Assembly: GCA_019894975.1 (NCBI GenBank)
Contig: JAGXNO010000007.1
Location: 30,270-94,269, forward strand
Reading direction: 5' to 3'
Length of the DNA stretch: 64,000 nt
From: Promethearchaeota archaeon
GTDB lineage: Archaea > Asgardarchaeota > Lokiarchaeia > Sigyniarchaeales > SOKP01
Of the stretch, positions 61,744 through 64,000 are shown in pieces. The notes beneath the pieces are model-generated. The model saw only the letters and a program-made list of their open reading frames with translations. It searched no databases and had not been told where the DNA came from. How positions within the stretch are numbered: position 1 is the stretch's first letter; each line of letters opens with the position of its first letter. A program made the position numbers and the translations under genes.

Positions 61744-62457
61744 ATGGGGATCCGAAAGATAGAAGATGAGATTGATTTAAAGGAAGCGATGAAAAAGAAA
61801 GCTGCCGAATTGAAAATGAAAGAAATGGAGTCGAAAGCTTCAGTCGAAAAATTTACAAAAGATCAATTACGTGAGCTCGCAAAAAAGCACGGAGTCTTAC
61901 TCGCCTTAACTCCAGAATTAAGAGAGGAAGTAAAAGAATTACAAAAGAAATATAATATCCCATCTTCAAAGATTATCACAGAACAGATAACCGAACATGA
62001 TGTATTGCGTAAGTTTTCTAAAATTGATCATGAAAAATTAGGAATGCTTGCATATCAAAGAGTTTTAATGAGTAAAGAAGAAACTGGTGGTATAATACCA
62101 TTATCAGAAGTGTTTGAATTAATAAATACGGGCATATTAAAAGGGAATGTTGAGGTAAAAGATGTTGACAAAGCTTTAAAGATTTTAAATAAGTCAAAAG
62201 TTATTGAAGAGATTATTCAATTAGAATCTGGTGCTACAATAGTAAGATTCTTTCCAATTCAGTATACGGGGGATGAATCTAAAGTTGTTGAATTAGCAAA
62301 AGAAAAAGGCATACTCACTCTAGAAGTTGTATGCACAGGATTGGAGTGGTCCCAAGATCGTGCTCTTCACGCTTTAGAATCACTCGAAAAGAGTGGAGTT
62401 GCAAAGTATAGAGAAAGTATCTTAACAGGGAAACAATGGTATTTTCCATCGTTATAA
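61744..62457 (+). CDS. ESCRT-II Vps22/Vps36-like (EAP30 domain) protein
   Basis: MGIRKI N-terminal basic helix, ETGGIIPLSEV and LEWSQDRALHALESL winged helices; next to Vps25 and Vps4. Confidence 0.85.
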   Translation: MGIRKIEDEIDLKEAMKKKAAELKMKEMESKASVEKFTKDQLRELAKKHGVLLALTPELREEVKELQKKYNIPSSKIITEQITEHDVLRKFSKIDHEKLGMLAYQRVLMSKEETGGIIPLSEVFELINTGILKGNVEVKDVDKALKILNKSKVIEEIIQLESGATIVRFFPIQYTGDESKVVELAKEKGILTLEVVCTGLEWSQDRALHALESLEKSGVAKYRESILTGKQWYFPSL

Positions 62458-62470
62458 CGACAAAAAAGTT

Positions 62471-63355
62471 TTATTCTAATTTTATTTTAAAAGCAAGTTG
62501 TCCGTTTTCTAATTTAAGAACTTTGGCTCTACGATTTTTGGCTAAGATTTTAAAAATTTCTTCTAAATCCTCTAATGGTAGATTACTAAAATCTTCTTGC
62601 TCTGCCTCCCTTAGTTCATATATCATAATAGGCTCAAGTTTTCCATTATCGTAAGCCCATTTATATATTTCATCAGACCAGACTTCAAGTGTTTTCCAGT
62701 ATACTCTCAACTTTTCCTTCTTCTTGGAGAGCCATGCCCCTTGTTTTTGACTAATTAATTCTTCAGCAAGTTCTAGAATATATTTTTCACGTTTGGTAAA
62801 ATTTGAAAATGGTTTTTCTGAATTTAATTCTCTTATATATATTATATGAAGAACAGCAAATCGCGCATAATCAAAGAGGACTTTTGCCCATTCTGTTTTC
62901 CATGAGGTGTAATCATTCTTCTGTTTATTCTTATCAGGCATAGTATACATAAATTTTTTGCGCTCTTCTTCTAACCAAGGATAAGCATTTAACAATTTTT
63001 CGTAAGAGCTTAACTTTTTTTCTAATAATCCCTTTTCTCCTATTATTTCTTTTTCAAGTTCTTGTAGATCGGCTTCAATTTGATCAGCATGCTGTTTGTA
63101 CAATTTGCTATCTATTTCCCCTGCTTGAGAACTTAAAACATTTTCAAGTTTATCAAATTCTTCCTCGATATAGGTTAAATCTGCAATTTTAAAATCTGAT
63201 TCATCTATAATTTGCCTTTCTAATGCTTCTTTCTCAAGGTCTTCTTTTTCTTTTTTTATTTCTCTTAATCGTGCTAGTTCTTTTCTTAATTCTTCTAAAT
63301 CTTTCGTTGCATTTTCTTTAGTTGAATTTTCTCGTTGTCTTTCCATGTCGATCAT
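62471..63355 (-). CDS. ESCRT-II Vps25-like protein with N-terminal coiled coil
   Basis: YTMP..SWKTEWAKVL and YWKTLEVWSDEIYKWAYDNG match the Vps25 pattern. Confidence 0.8.
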   Translation of the reverse strand: MIDMERQRENSTKENATKDLEELRKELARLREIKKEKEDLEKEALERQIIDESDFKIADLTYIEEEFDKLENVLSSQAGEIDSKLYKQHADQIEADLQELEKEIIGEKGLLEKKLSSYEKLLNAYPWLEEERKKFMYTMPDKNKQKNDYTSWKTEWAKVLFDYARFAVLHIIYIRELNSEKPFSNFTKREKYILELAEELISQKQGAWLSKKKEKLRVYWKTLEVWSDEIYKWAYDNGKLEPIMIYELREAEQEDFSNLPLEDLEEIFKILAKNRRAKVLKLENGQLAFKIKLE

Positions 63356-63364
63356 TCTCGTTCT

Positions 63365-64000
63365 TTATATTTCCCCGAATTCTTCAGCCCAATCATCATA
63401 TTGTTTTATAAAAGCGGCGTTAGTCATAGGTTTTACTTTTTTTAATGTTTTTATAAAATCTTTTAATGTAATGTCTCGGACAATCACTTCTTTATCAGAA
63501 CTATCCAAAAGACCACTCATATCTAATTCTCTAATTGGAAGCATAATAACTTCGCGACAAACGTTAGCAATATCTCTACCAGAATATCCATCAGATCTAA
63601 CAGCTAATTCAATATAATCTTCATCTGATAATTCTGTATTTACCCCTTCAGTATGAATTTTAAAGATTCCTGCCCGAGCTTTCATGTCTGGAAGAGGAAC
63701 ATGAACTCTTTTTTCGAATCTACTCAACATTGCATTATCAATATCCCATGGACGATTTGTTGCTCCTAATACCAATAAGGGTTTGTCGTGAGTAGATTTT
63801 AATCCTTGAATCTCACTCAATAGCTGGGTTTTAACTCTTCGTTCCCCTCCACTCTCACTTCCTTCCCCTCGTTTTGTAGCTATAGAATCTATCTCATCCA
63901 TAAAAATTAGACTCGGTGCTTTTAATCTCGCAACTTTAAATAATGAACTAATTAATTTTTCACTTTCACCTAACCATTTACTCAACAAGTCAGCAGAAGA
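63365..64000 (-). CDS. vps4: Vps4-like AAA+ ATPase (5'-partial)
   Basis: LLSKWLGESEK, Walker B FMDEID, GATNRPWDID, SRFEKR, GYSGRDI and C-terminal WAEEFG. Confidence 0.92.
   Translation of the reverse strand, partial: SSADLLSKWLGESEKLISSLFKVARLKAPSLIFMDEIDSIATKRGEGSESGGERRVKTQLLSEIQGLKSTHDKPLLVLGATNRPWDIDNAMLSRFEKRVHVPLPDMKARAGIFKIHTEGVNTELSDEDYIELAVRSDGYSGRDIANVCREVIMLPIRELDMSGLLDSSDKEVIVRDITLKDFIKTLKKVKPMTNAAFIKQYDDWAEEFGEI

Noticed and set aside
117-63617. Numerous short ORFs overlapping larger genes (e.g. 117-473, 11810-12214, 18673-19059, 24864-25112, 30807-31151, 63345-63617)
   Set aside because: Antisense or alternate-frame shadows of well-supported genes with no recognisable motifs.

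Overview
AT-rich archaeal chromosomal window, almost certainly an Asgard archaeon of the Lokiarchaeia type. The evidence is archaeal uS15/eS1, an ESCRT locus (Vps4, Vps25, Vps22/36), several longin-like proteins, a Loki-CTERM-like sorting tail and a truncated histone. From left to right it holds: a 14-kb envelope operon (two FtsX/MacB-type permeases flanking a 1306-aa surface protein and a 1610-aa membrane-anchored subtilase); housekeeping and metabolic genes (rdgB, rps15, rps3ae, acyl-CoA dehydrogenase, GlmU-like, Sir2, radical SAM, rubrerythrin, nikR, larC, larB, pgk, tRNA-Val(GAC), UbiA, mtnA, dus, glgP, acyl-CoA ligase, MFS, CYTH, NOP2/RsmB, NIP7); and the ESCRT genes. The most unusual part is a ~6.5-kb module (54.6-61.0 kb) between NOP2 and NIP7. 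It carries four copies of a fixed-spacing promoter motif (AAAATT(T)GGTC-N8-TTTAWA), a wHTH regulator, a 7TM-longin membrane protein, and a surface-anchored protein made of three tandem phage tail-collar/fibre domains on an Ig-like stalk. That last gene is flanked by two ~200-bp non-coding repeats whose hairpins show compensatory base changes, making them candidate novel structured ncRNAs. No CRISPR array, rRNA, transposase or integrase was seen. All family assignments come from motif recognition by eye, not database searches.
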